Shown piece after piece: positions 38,806 to 51,063 of a DNA stretch of 64,000 nucleotides. Source of the DNA: Lingula anatina (lineage: Eukaryota > Animalia > Brachiopoda). The stretch is taken from contig CM120643.1 in NCBI GenBank assembly GCA_051362555.1, forward strand, positions 27,966,848-28,030,847, written 5' to 3'. Position numbers and translations under genes: made by a program. Position 1 is the first letter of the stretch. Each line of letters starts with the position of its first letter. Under the pieces are notes generated by a model that saw only the letters and a list, made by a program, of their open reading frames with translations, made no database searches and was not told the DNA's origin.

Positions 38806-39903
38806 CACACACACACACACACACACATGCAAACACACACACACACACACACACACATGCACACACACATGCACGCACACACGCACACACACACATGCAC
38901 ACACACACGCACACACACACACACATGCACACACACAAACACACACACATGTACACACACACGCACACGCAAACACACACACTCACACATCTCATACTCA
39001 CTGGTTGCCCTCATCAGACAGCCCCAGGGGGTTCTCAAAGTCTCGGCTGACCACGGGGGAGGAAGCCCGGCCTCGCCCCAGGCGGTCCAATGTCTGAGAT
39101 TCATCTATCCAGATAGCAGACTCCTGTAAGGGACCTGAAGAACAAATACAGGTACTAGTACAGAGTTCTGGTGCAGTTGTCTTGACTAAAGAGGGAGCCA
39201 CCAAGGCATGTGACCAGGAGACCATCTCAACAAAGAACACAAACACAAAACCTTACTTTGAGCCAATTCCCTGCAGAGAAGTTTTATCTGGTCACCTCCA
39301 ACCTCTTGAACACTGATTTTAAGAGAAATTAATTGTCTGGCTACAGTACAGCCCAAATTTTGGATGTTCTTAAAAAATAAAAGTCTTTGGAACACCTAAA
39401 CATTTCACATTTCAAAACATTTTGACTTCTTTTACTATCACCTTTCACCTTGACCTATTTGCCATGACCTTCGACCTTGACCTACCAGTCTGTACAAAGT
39501 ATCCCCTGAAGCCCACAGTACAGGTGCCTGTGCCTGCAGACTTAGTGGTCACCACAATGTCCCCCTTGCCCTTCCCCGGCCCCGTCCTGGCAATGATCTT
39601 GTTGGGGGATTTCCATTCTGCTGAGAGGTAGCAGTCTACACCACAGATTTTGAGACCTAGGACAATGACAGAAAATAAAGTCAAGTCAAAAGATTTTCAA
39701 AAATAAAAAGGCTTATATTTGTATTTTACAACAGTCCAAAGATAATTTAAGTGTACAAGTTTATTGAAAATAATAGTTTATGAATTCTTACCAATCAAAT
39801 CCTTGGGCTCAGCCCCCAGGTTTTCCCCCCTGATGGTCACCCTGGTCCCTGGGGGCCCCTCCTTGGGGGAGATCCCTGTTACCAGGGGTGGCTCAACTGA
39901 CAT
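22679..39903 (-). CDS. EXOC2: Exocyst complex component 2 (Sec5), about 28 coding exons
   Basis: N-terminal IPT/Ral-binding domain [73 protein letters not shown]; [35 protein letters not shown]; [10 protein letters not shown]; C-terminal [12 protein letters not shown]. Exons checked: 39903-39792, 39656-39486, 39134-39002, 38620-38577, 32808-32639, 27734-27613, 23169-23113, 22775-22679. Other exon boundaries were located only approximately. Confidence 0.96.
27742..27994. repeat. 27-bp minisatellite, left part (~9 units)
   Basis: ACAACAGATTGTGTTAGGTGAGACAAG in tandem, with no spacers. Confidence 0.95.
28183..30524 (+). pseudogene. ISL2EU transposase N-terminal part (THAP, coiled coil, HTH), frameshifted; no DDE core seen
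   Basis: [41 protein letters not shown], frameshift, then DTYICSK|GTGAGT..AG|HF..DYPDPVP (C2CH THAP). Later exons at ~29470-29547 and 30061-30524 include [42 protein letters not shown]. Confidence 0.8.
29553..32154 (-). pseudogene. ISL2EU second gene: SWIM zinc finger + YqaJ/lambda-exonuclease-like PD-(D/E)XK nuclease, disrupted
   Basis: Exon 32154-31862 MATEQ..(in-frame TAA)..[31 protein letters not shown]|GTAAGT; exon ~30980-30802 ending LGSYLSYQ|GTAAA; 29930-29553 [36 protein letters not shown] followed by a frameshifted C-terminus. Confidence 0.8.
32229..32435. repeat. 27-bp minisatellite, right part (~7 units)
   Basis: Same unit as 27742-27994, resuming in register after the transposon. 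Confidence 0.95.
33271..33495. repeat. 77-bp tandem triplication of an EXOC2 exon end plus splice donor
   Basis: ATACAGTTCACCTACCTCTCTCAGGATGAGGTTTCCACTGAAGT... starts at 33271, 33348 and 33425. Confidence 0.92.
38773..38990. repeat. Long imperfect (CA)n microsatellite
   Basis: CA run interrupted by CATG/CACG; source of several spurious HT/CV ORFs. Confidence 0.95.
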
Positions 39904-40511
39904 TATTCTGGATACACCTCACACATCACTAGAGGACACCTAAGACGACATGACACTTTGTAAAATTATCACAATTTTATTGGCTAGGAAATGTACAAAA
40001 GTAATTATCATATCAAAACAACATAAAAATGCATTAAGTAAATAATTAACAAAAAAAATAACAAATAAATTAACACTTCTTGCACTTCTTTTCCTCTGAG
40101 ATTCATGATATGATTTATTTAATATTTAAAAAGTAAAGTGCGTGTGTGTTTGTGTGTGTGTGTAAATAAATATGAACTAAAAGAGAGTTAAGACACTTTT
40201 TTCCAATGTTGGATGATCACATGGCTAGCATCAAACAGGATAAAATTTAATTAAGGTTAAGAGATAGTAAACACAATAAGTTTTATCTAATGAAATAATA
40301 AGGTCTGTTTAAATTTCTTACCAATCAAATAAAACTTTTCTTACAAGAACTTTTGAACTGAGATTTGTTTATAGTACATTTTACTTGGACTAGGAGCTCA
40401 TTTCATAGAACAATACTGGATAATTTAAAGGACGTCTTTCAGAAAGATTTGACAGTAGGTAGCTTAAATAACAAGGGCACTGGGTCTTGTGTTTATCTAA
40501 CGCCAACATCG

Positions 40512-43500
40512 TGTAGTGTTCACAAATATAATTCCCAGTCATGTAAATTAATTTGATTAGAGTCGATTGCTTGTGCGTGTTCACAAATATAATTCCCAGT
40601 CATGTAAATTAATTTGATTAGAGTCGATTGCTTGTGCACTCGACTCGTTTTATGGCCTTACCCGTAGTTATGTAACTTAAGTGGACGTGTGCAATTTGAA
40701 TAATTAAAATATGTTATGTACCTTTACATATACATATGAGATGAATGTCCTAAACTTATATAATTTTGTACGCTTAATTCAAGCGTGGGCTCGAAATAGG
40801 ACATTACGTTTTAAACTTACTCAGTGGATAACGCAATTCGAAATTCCACGGTTCGTGTCAGATTTACGTGATGTCGCGCAAAGAAAACCCAAGTCCACAT
40901 AATGACCTGTTTAATGGTTTATTAGTTGATGATCCCTAACTACATGTTCTACGTGAAGCCTCCAAGCTCTAGGCCGTCTCCCATAGCTCCGTCGAACGGT
41001 CACCTTCGAGTCTTCTTCAGTCTGTCCTCCACGATCTTAATTCTAGACATCTTTTTATACGTATTTCTTATCTATAGGTGGATTCTGTGCTGCAGTATTT
41101 GGCGGTACATACTAATTTTAATTATTCAAATTGCACACGTCCACTTAAGTTACATAACTACGGGTAAGGCCATAAAACGAGTCGAGTGCACAAGCAAAGA
41201 TGAATGTCCTAAACTTATATAATTTTGTACGCTTAATTCAAGCGTGGGCTCGAAATAGGACATTACGTTTTAAACTTACTCAGTGGATAACGCAATTCGA
41301 AATTCCACGGTTCGTGTCAGATTTACGTGATGTCGCGCAAAGAAAACCCAAGTCCACATAATGACCTGTTTAATGGTTTATTAGTTGATGATCCCTAACT
41401 ACATGTTCTACGTGAAGCCTCCAAGCTCTAGGCCGTCTCCCATAGCTCCGTCGAACGGTCACCTTCGAGTCTTCTTCAGTCTGTCCTCCACGATCTTAAT
41501 TCTAGACATCTTTTTATACGTATTTCTTATCTATAGGTGGATTCTGTGCTGCAGTATTTGGCGGTACATACTAATTTTAATTATTCAAATTGCACACGTC
41601 CACTTAAGTTACATAACTACGGGTAAGGCCATAAAACGAGTCGAGTGCACAAGCAATCGACTCTAATCAAATTAATTTACATGACTGGGAATTATATTTG
41701 TGAACACGCACAAGCAATCGACTCTAATCAAATTAATTTACATGACTGGGAATTATATTTGTGAACACTACACGCCTTCCCTTTTTACCAGAAAAAAAAA
41801 AATACATTTTTTTTTTTCATTTATCACGTTGGAGACATTCACTCTACATTATAATTACAACATATATACAAAGCGAAGCACGTTAATAAAAGAACACGTT
41901 ACAGACAGGCCCGGAGGAAAACCAGAGATAAAACCCTTTAATTCATATCTTTCTTTATCAATTTAGGGAAAAATAGCTCTGGAAACCGGGCAAATGAGCG
42001 CCTTATATTTTAAAGTCTTTAAAATTCATTTGAGTCTTTTAGTGTTTAGTCTTTCAATGGCATCATCGGCAAAACAGCGGGGTCCACCCCTCTCGGCTGT
42101 ATAGTTACTTGGGTTCCAGGACGCAGGACTGATAGGTCTAATGGATCGAAGCGCTGGAAACCCTCAGCCTTGGATACGCGGCAGGCGGTGGGTCGGAGGC
42201 GATGACACAGGCACGGCGATCCAGGGACCATTCACTGTCACCTGAAACAAGACACAAGGGAGAATAAACTTTCTTCGTTATAATAAAGTTTCATCGTCTT
42301 TTTGTTTTTTTTTTTTTTCATACTTAAACCTCCCTTCGGTTGTATCTACGTTCAACATACATCTTCCATTACTTCTTTTTTTTAATATGCATATACCGTA
42401 TAAGCATTAATTCTAGGGAAACAATTCCAATCACAAGCTCGCCACAATAATAATATTGATAATAAACAAAGTCAATCAGGGCTAATATGAAGAGGAAAAA
42501 CACCACCTATCATCCCAGACAACAGGAAAACCCACAGTTAGACCTAATCAAGCTACCAGCACCATCACGACCGTATCAAGCTACCAGCGCCGTCTCGGCC
42601 TGTCTCATCAGCAACACCTGGCCATATGCTGCAGATAAAACTGTGTGAGCTACCAGTGCCGTCATGGTCTGTCTGCCAGCAATATCCGGCACATATTGCC
42701 AGCAAAACTCTGTATGTTTCCGAAGTCACAGAACACCCGTCGTATCGATCATCATGGCTGGTTACTCAAAAAACAACAAGATATTAGCTAGACAAAATCT
42801 CTACCCAGTTCCCACAGAACACGGTTCTGCTACCTATCCCTTCATGGGCAGGCATCAACATAAAAAATACCTGGTCTAAAATACCAGTCCCGACACTCCA
42901 ACGTGGAGCATGGTACCCTTAAAGAAATTATCTGGTCTAACTTGCATTTATCCATCGGTGGACCTAAATTAACAAGCAGCCCTACGTCGCTAGGAACATA
43001 CCAGAATTTTTTTCGCTCCCATACGGAAGCAGGGAACCATTTTAAATAAATAATAAAACATCTGGTCTTACTTGCATTTATCCATCGGTGGACCTAAATT
43101 AACAAGCAGCCCTACGTCGCTAGGAATGTATCAGATCTTCTGCTCCTATTACTTAACAGCAGGATAACCTTAAAAAATAAATACTGGGTCTCTAACCTCA
43201 CTTCGAGATAAACTAACCTGTTTTCACCACGCCATATGAGCCTCCTTCCTTCATTACCCGTCACGACGTTTAATTGTCCTCTCGCATAATATAAAAGTCC
43301 AAAAGTACACGTGTTTGTCTGTCTGTGTGTCCGTTTTTAATTACTGTCTGCCTACGCACGTGCCTTGCCTAAACCAGTTCGGTCCGGTTTATTTCGACAC
43401 CCGTTTTTAATATTCCCATTATAGACCAAAGCTTTGATATTGCCTCTATATTCAAATTTGCTTAAGAATACGTTCCTTATCACCACGAATGCCGCTTCTT

Positions 43501-44987
43501 ATCTATGTTACCAAATTCTGATGTAATCTCCGACTATTAGATGTAATTCGATCGGCGCAATTAGCAAACACTTGAAGTTGCTTATCTTACCGCTTGTCTC
43601 TGTCGGCCCTTGCACGACAGTTATAATTAATAGCACAATAGCCTGTATACCTCTGAACGTTACAAATTTTAAAATCCGCTCAAGACCATATCAACGTAAA
43701 ACCCTTATTTTACTACGAAGAAATTTAGTCAATTACCGAATCAACGCAACAATAACCCGAAAACATGTTAAAATACAACAACGACACCACAAGACGATAT
43801 ATACTACCAACAACGCAAAACTTATCTTAATTTTTTTTTTCGCTACGCAATCCTGAATATAACCTTTCTACGACTGCCACGTAACGAACAGCGCGTGGCT
43901 TTTTCCGAAAATTGCATTTTCCATGCACCAACGATCTCTTGTGTATGCCGAAACATTTCATAACCGTAATTACGTGACCCTTAACCACAAAATTTTGCGA
44001 CTTACATACAAAATCGACTTAAAAACTGGAGGAGCCGTTTATTCCTCTCTTACTATCATAGAATTTTACTTAAAACCGGCAAGTCTCCCCTACTTTGCAC
44101 TGAATTTGGAAAGTTTTTAATTAATCTTAACATGAACACCACGGCTCGAAAAACCGTGAAATACTAACAAAAGTTACACAAAATCCGAAATTAAAATACC
44201 AGTTACTGCAAGATACAAACAATAGTTCATACTTACCGGCCGGTAGGTGATACTGCCTGGCCGACCGATCTTCGCTGCGCGAAGACATAACCTTTCTATA
44301 CTTACCTCCCCGTCTGGCCATTTTGTGTCTAGTCAGGTCTTCCTTGTGCGCATTGGAACGTAAACTGGCGAAGCTCGGCCAAATATGTTATGTACCTTTA
44401 CATATACATATGAGATGAATGTCCTAAACTTATATAATTTTGTACGCTTAATTCAAGCGTGGGCTCGAAATAGGACATTACGTTTTAAACTTACTCAGTG
44501 GATAACGCAATTCGAAATTCCACGGTTCGTGTCAGATTTACGTGATGTCGCGCAAAGAAAACCCAAGTCCACATAATGACCTGTTTAATGGTTTATTAGT
44601 TGATGATCCCTAACTACATGTTCTACGTGAAGCCTCCAAGCTCTAGGCCGTCTCCCATAGCTCCGTCGAACGGTCACCTTCGAGTCTTCTTCAGTCTGTC
44701 CTCCACGATCTTAATTCTAGACATCTTTTTATACGTATTTCTTATCTATAGGTGGATTCTGTGCTGCAGTATTTGGCGGTACATACTAATTTTAATTATT
44801 CAAATTGCACACGTCCACTTAAGTTACATAACTACGGGTAAGGCCATAAAACGAGTCGAGTGCACAAGCAATCGACTCTAATCAAATTAATTTACATGAC
44901 TGGGAATTATATTTGTGAACTCGCACAAGCAATCGACTCTAATCAAATTAATTTACATGACTGGGAATTATATTTGTGAACACTACA
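40512..44987 (-). mobile_element. Young non-autonomous LTR retroelement (Gypsy-type signatures) with a rearranged 3' end; 4-bp TSD ATCG
   Basis: 5' LTR 44987-44386 (602 bp, TGTAGTGT...ACATAACA; TATAAAA at 44733-44727, AATAAA at 44597-44592); PBS-like TGGCCGAGCTTCGCCAG at 44381-44365; PPT GGTAAAAAGGGAAGGCG at 41789-41773; 3' LTR 41772-40712 with an internal 459-bp tandem duplication; inverted U3 copy 40710-40512; ATCG at 40508-40511 and 44988-44991. No gag/pol ORF. Confidence 0.88.
42930..43130. repeat. ~65-bp direct repeat x2 inside the LTR-element internal region
   Basis: TCTGGTCTWACTTGCATTTATCCATCGGTGGACCTAAATTAACAAGCAGCCCTACGTCGCTAGGAA near 42932 and 43062. Confidence 0.9.
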
Positions 44988-47142
44988 ATCGTATTTGTTC
45001 AAAACCGGAAGATAGAAAGTTTGGCCTTTAACCCTGCGAGACGTTAAAGACCATATTCAGCTTAAGCTGACAGACTAATAAGCTGGCAGGCAAATAACCA
45101 AGTGGCAACTATTGTAAATTTTGGGGGATTTAGGTGTTTTCTACTACTTACTCGGTAACTAACTTGACGACAATTCTACTTTTAGTTCTAGTCAAAGATT
45201 CACGTATGTTCTCTAGACAAAAATTAAAAATAACCACGCACTATCTTAAAAGTAATGCTAGTTCGTGTCTGGGACAGCATATAATATCTAAGAATTCACC
45301 TGTTTTTAGAATTTTCCACTTTTTACCCTGGCAAGATCTAGGATCCCGAGAACTCCTTCCTTGAGTACACAATTTATAACCTCCAAATTCAAAAGAGTTA
45401 TACCTCTTTTCAGGACGCTCCTCCATTTAAAAATATCTTTTTTTCATCGTATAAAAAAGAAAGAAATATAAAAAATCCAAATTCCTCTTATGCTTTAACG
45501 AGTTAAATGTTTAGACCTACTTACTTTTACCATGTCAAAATAAAAGATTCAGGATACCTCCATCAGCAGCCTACAGGCAAACTCACTCTGAAGTGCTGCC
45601 ACCGTGCGGGCTATACCAGCGTTGAGATACAACATAATTATTATGTACACAGGGGGAGGGGCATAAAATTGGCTTCTGAACAAATACTAAAAATATTCAG
45701 TTAGATAGGTAGATTTCGAAATCAGTCTAGAATCATTCCCTAATTTGAAACGCAAACCATTTTAGATGTTCGTGGTAAAAACACCGCCACATAGGGCCTA
45801 TATATGGACTAGACAAGAAAACACGGTAAAATACTGAGAACATCCCCAGCTGACCCCTCACGTCAGATAATTACACTTTGGCGATAACTTCATGTCTGTA
45901 TAACACTTTAACTAATTGCAGTACATGCAACGGGGTCGACTTAAGGTGAACAGGTAATTGTTAATTCAGTTGTGACCATGCAATTACGTAACTGACCAAA
46001 TAGTCAACAGGTAAATCAAACATGTGGATCAATCATACATGCTAACTATCAAAAACTGAGATTCAATGAAAATTTTTACACGTTCTACCAGGATGGTAAT
46101 TAAATGTTTTTACATGTAGGCCTACCTATCTTTGTTTTTTTACTTCTTCAGTTTGGTTTTCTTAGGGCCTACCTGGAATTCCACGGCAACCCATGGGCAT
46201 ATATTCCTGAAATCTTGAAATCGATCCTTTCAAAATGATAATAAATACATGTAAATAAATGAACAAGTTGTTGTCTTTTTTATGTTCAAAGCAATTATTT
46301 TTATTTGAACAATCTAACTTGGACAGATCGACATCGAGGCTGATAAAGGTTTAATTTGCATATAAGCTGGAGTATTTTATGAATATTTTTTATTTAGATA
46401 AATAAATATCAATTAAGATATGCAAATAGCTCCAAAAAGAGAAGGGCTGTATTCAATATATTTGACGTGGTTGCAAGATTTCAAGAGCAGCGAGGTCTTG
46501 CACAGAGTTAAGATAAATACTTTTTTTAAATTTTATTTCTTTTGGAGCTCAGACAAGAGAATAACTGACTTCTTTTAAGTTACTGTGAAGAAAAGTTAAA
46601 AAATTTAAAATCTAAACATTTGTAAGCAAGCCATGACCATAATGTTAATAACAAAAACATGTTTACATACGTGTACAGATATCTAGCCGTGAAATCGATA
46701 TTCCACCTGACATTTTATTACCAGACAATCTTCTTCCTGCACGGTTCTCTCATCATTCCCAGTACATGGAAATGCAATACACAACGATATTAATACACTT
46801 GATTACGCGCCTATCCTATATGACTGAAAGATAATAGATCAAATGATGAGCAAATGACGCCAATGCTGTACAGTATATCCATTATTTCCTGTATATAAAT
46901 ATATATATATATATTTCATAACAGGATTTTTTTTGCCGTGTCCAGCTGCTTGTGCAGGAGCTCGAGCTAGATAGGCCTACTAGCAGCACATACACGTCAA
47001 TAACCCGCGTTACATATTATAACACTTAACACTTCCCTATAGTCTTGAAGAGGCACTGGTAGGTGGTGACAATAGTATTTTTAGCTTTAGCTTTTAACGG
47101 ACTTACAGGCGTCCGTGTGACATCCGTTCTGGAGCAAGCACC

Positions 47143-49981
47143 ATGCAAGCAACGTTTTGTTGGTTTACGTACCTGTTGTTTTCTACTGGTGTTTTGCTTG
47201 TTAGCGGCAACTCTGATGTACCACAAGATTCCAATGAAACAAGTCTGTCCGCGGAAGATTTACGGTCGGTTGATCAGGACAAGGAGGCAGTGGGAGTCAA
47301 TGTGAGTGTCGCTTTCTGGCGAAATGTGTCGACATTTCTGGCCAGTTTTCCGGTAAACCAGTGGGTTTGTTTAACAGGAACTGCGGCCATCTTTCCAGAG
47401 AGAGTGAAGATGACTTGTTACTGTGACAAGTTCTGTGCTATGTTTGGAGATTGCTGTTTTCCTCAACGTCTTTGTCAAAAGTCAGTCTCGAGTAGACCTG
47501 AAACAACACCACTGGCAGTCCGCAACATTACCACAGATAATATACAATGCCTGTCGCAGACAACGGAGGAGCTAGATTGGAGCAGATACAGGTTTTACAG
47601 AAAGTTTTACGCCATGATTTCATCTTGTCCCTGGGGATGGGGGGACGACATCACACGGGAAAAGTGCGAGAGGGACTGGGGGACGGACGCCGGCGTTCTT
47701 TTAGGCCCGGTTTCAGACTCGGGCACAAACCTAACATTTCGAAACCTTTACTGTGCGCGCTGTTTTGGCATTTCTCGGTTCGTTCCTTGGGCGGCGTCCG
47801 TGAAGTGCGACCGAACTTCCTCCAAGTTATTCACAAATCTCACCAATGTCGAGGACATCTGGCATCAGGCGTCGCTGAGTGATGACTGTTTCGTATTTTA
47901 CGAGCCTCCGACCCCCTCTCTCGGAAGACCCTGCTACAAGGAGGGCGTTGGCTACAATACATTGCTTCCATGGAACGGTGGAGACCTCTGTCCCGAGACT
48001 TATAACCTAGAATACGGGAACCTCTGCCGCCATGGCCCTTTTGCGTATACGACAGTCATCGACGGGATAGGACGGATGAAATACAACGGGAGAAACATTT
48101 TCTGCTTTTTATGCCACAAATGGAACAGGACCAGCGAGAATGGATGTGGGCCTCAATGTAAGTCTTAATAACACTTACTGAATATCGGCAAGGATACATT
48201 TATCTACTAACAGATATGTATCAAAATTCTTTTGATTGATAACTTAATTCATATAACCGGAGGAGATAAACGTTTGCGTATCAATTATTTAATAATAGTA
48301 GTACATTAAAGAAACCGAATAATTTAATTCTTTCTGTTTGGTTTGTGCGGGATTCTTTCATGAGTTTGGCAAAATGTCATTTTCTTTTCTTTCATTCTGC
48401 TTATTTACAAACAAACACTATATACGTCACATATTATTTACAAAATAAAAGGACCTTGGTTCATGAATACAGGCCTACCAAACCTAGCTGGTACTGGTTA
48501 CATGACATTTGCCAATTTATTATTTGATCTATATTTATAGCGACTGAACTATTACTTTCATTATGAGACACCATAACATAACAAGTCATGTTTGTCTTGA
48601 TCCCTAAAAGCCAAACTACCAAGCAAAAGAAGTTTTGATGAGGTAAAATGCCGTAGCCTACTAACATGTTTTGACCAGCCAAAACAATACAAAACAGAAA
48701 AATGCACTGTACGATGTAAATAGGCCCTTAAATTTCTTTTCATTTTCGCTTTTGGTTAGACGAAGGGAAAAAGACAGGATTTGAAGCCATCATTGGTAAT
48801 CCAACTGCTGACCAGAGACAAATCAGTCCACTGAGGCACCTGCAGGTAAAGCAGGGCAATATGAGTGAATTGATCACATGCGCAGGCCTGTATACGTAGC
48901 CACTTATCTCAAAGGGGGTTCTTTTTCAGGAAAATGTTGGCCATATATTACCATCTTAACCGAGCAATTGCATCGGTTGTTAGTGTTGTGTTATCATGGC
49001 GAACCCGTTCCAGCCAAAGGGGCAGTCCATCCCCCCCCCCCCCCACCCCCGCCCGCTACCTACTGCTTACGGGCCTGATTCGTAAATTCACTAGATTTTA
49101 AACACACTTTCATATATATTCAGCGATTGCTTTACTGTAACTTTAAGTCAAAGTTGACATTAATGATCATGAGCAAATAGGAAAGTAAGCTCGTGCGGGC
49201 ACTGGCTCGTGATGTAGGCTATATATATATATAGATTACGCCTATGAACGCCTTCACGTAATCTAAGATATTAGAAAAGTGATGCAGTGGCCTTACCAAT
49301 TAATTAACATACACGCAAGCATACGGACAACTCTGTCCATCCTATGTCTTATTATCGTCATTATCTGTACAGGTTTTATTGAGGGGCAGAAATAAAACGA
49401 GCTCTCTATTACAGGGGGGTTGCACCCGGAAGTCACCAATGTGCCAACAACTCTTACACCATCTGATCAACTTGGAATTTGATTTTTACATCCGGCTGAC
49501 GTCACCAAAGGTGTTGACCGTCGACCCCGTGTATTCCCTTCAGAAGTGTAACAACCTGAACTCTCAGATGTTTGGGAAGTACGGGGTGATGCATCTCCTC
49601 AGGCAACATGGCTACCGCGTTCTTCCGGGAGGATATAACTGCGTCCTGAACGTCAGCGACACAGGAACCACGTTTCTTGCTTATGTGCCATTGCTCCTGG
49701 GAAACGTGTCTGTCAACTATTACGACGCAGAGAATTCATTTAATACTCTACTGGTACAGTTAGCATGTATTGCCGCAATCGCCAGTCCCAAGTATCCCGA
49801 TAACCAAGTGGAATTCGAAGCGTCGATCATTCCTCCAAACGGAGAATTAGAAGTTGGTTGCCCAACCCGGGAACCGAAACGCCCAGAACATGCCAACGCA
49901 AGAGCTTCCAGCAGATATGATGGTATCTGGATTTTTGGTTTACTGTTTTTGTTTTGGTCCTTGGGCCTTGGAATTTATTGA
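47143..49981 (+). CDS. Secreted/GPI-anchored cysteine-rich protein with a somatomedin-B-like domain; exons 47143-48157, 48760-48845, 49415 (or 49373)-49981
   Basis: Signal peptide MQATFCWFTYLLFSTGVLLVSG; CYCDKFCAMFGDCC; MISSCP..CE..PVSDSGTNLTFRNLYCARC and GRNIFCFLCH motifs; many NxS/T sites; phase-consistent GT-AG junctions; C-terminal small residues (NARASS) then a hydrophobic tail GIWIFGLLFLFWSLGLGIY-stop. Confidence 0.85.
48883..49077. mobile_element. Degenerate MITE of the CAGGCC..GGCCTG family
   Basis: CAGGCCTGTATACGTAGCCA ... TTACGGGCCTG; flanks ATGCG/ATTCG (degenerate 5-bp TSD). Confidence 0.65.
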
Positions 49982-50905
49982 TCGAAGTTATCGTTTATAA
50001 ATGATTTTGCTATTAATTTAGATATATGTTAGAAAATGCAGATGCAAAACTATAGATTTATACATGTTTATTTGGGTGAAGAGTTGTTGTGGTCGATTTG
50101 TAATGTATATTTTTTATCTAGAAATTTGTAAAACTTGATTGGTAAAACAATGGAAACCACATAAAGAGATTTAAAATGGCAAAAAATGGCAAGAAACTCC
50201 ATTTGGACCTGAATAAGTTCAATAATCGCTTATTTAGTCACTGTGGAAACGTTTTGAATAATGTAAACAGAAAATAGTAAAACAAAATTATGATTGTTGG
50301 TACAGGGAGACACATAAATAAGTCCACTTTCATTACGACTTCAAAGCCTTAGCAATATTGAAACAATAAAAAACATTTAGGGTTACTTTTAACAGAGCCA
50401 CGTACGACATTGAACAGTGTTGTACAGAAAATACGGTTACATTATTATGTATGGATGTATGCTGCTATGCTTTAATATGGAGACCGTTGATTATGGATAA
50501 GATATGATCCCGTCTTTATTTCACGACTTCCGCAGTGACATCAATCAGATACACCATTCGTCAGCAGGACGTGCACGGCTTATGGTGGGAATTGTCGCTG
50601 TTCAAAGGGGGCCTGATATGTACAAAAGTTGTACGTGTACATGCGGTACTTTCTGATATCTAAAATAGTGTACAAATTGAAAATGAGCGATATAATAATT
50701 TTGTAACAGACTACTAGCGCACCCTGTTGTCAGAAAGGATGCATAGGGGAACGTTAAAACTGTGGAACATGTTGGTGTGACAGCCCGCTTTCAGCAGGCT
50801 TGAGAGAGAATTCTATTTAATACAGAATGTATCAAGTTGTATCATTTTCATCTCTGATAATGGGGTATAACAGCACTTACTGGTACATTTAGTATGCACA
50901 CTAAG

Positions 50906-51063
50906 CAGGGGAAGTTCGGGGGGTTCGAAAGAACCCCCCTTTTTGCTGGAAAAAAGGTCCACTCTGGGTAAAATTTGACCTAGGTACATGGGGATTATAC
51001 GGTAAAAGGTCCACTTTTTGGGGAAAAAGAACTCCCCCTTTCAAATTGCTGGCTACGGGCCTG
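50906..51063. mobile_element. MITE, same family as 14402 and 19771, 5-bp TSD CTAAG
   Basis: CTAAG|CAGG ... CTGGCTACGGGCCTG|CTAAG. Confidence 0.85.

Noticed and set aside
40512-41772. Stand-alone MITE reading of the inverted repeat pair 40512-40710 / 41574-41772
   Set aside because: No TSD flanks this sub-segment; the TSD spans 40512-44987, and the PBS, PPT and TG..CA ends define an LTR element.
40711-44881. Repeated identical ORFs MLCTFTY.. and MMIPNYM.. as a gene family or toxin-antitoxin-like pair
   Set aside because: They lie antisense within the LTR copies; their identity reflects LTR duplication and they have no recognisable motifs.
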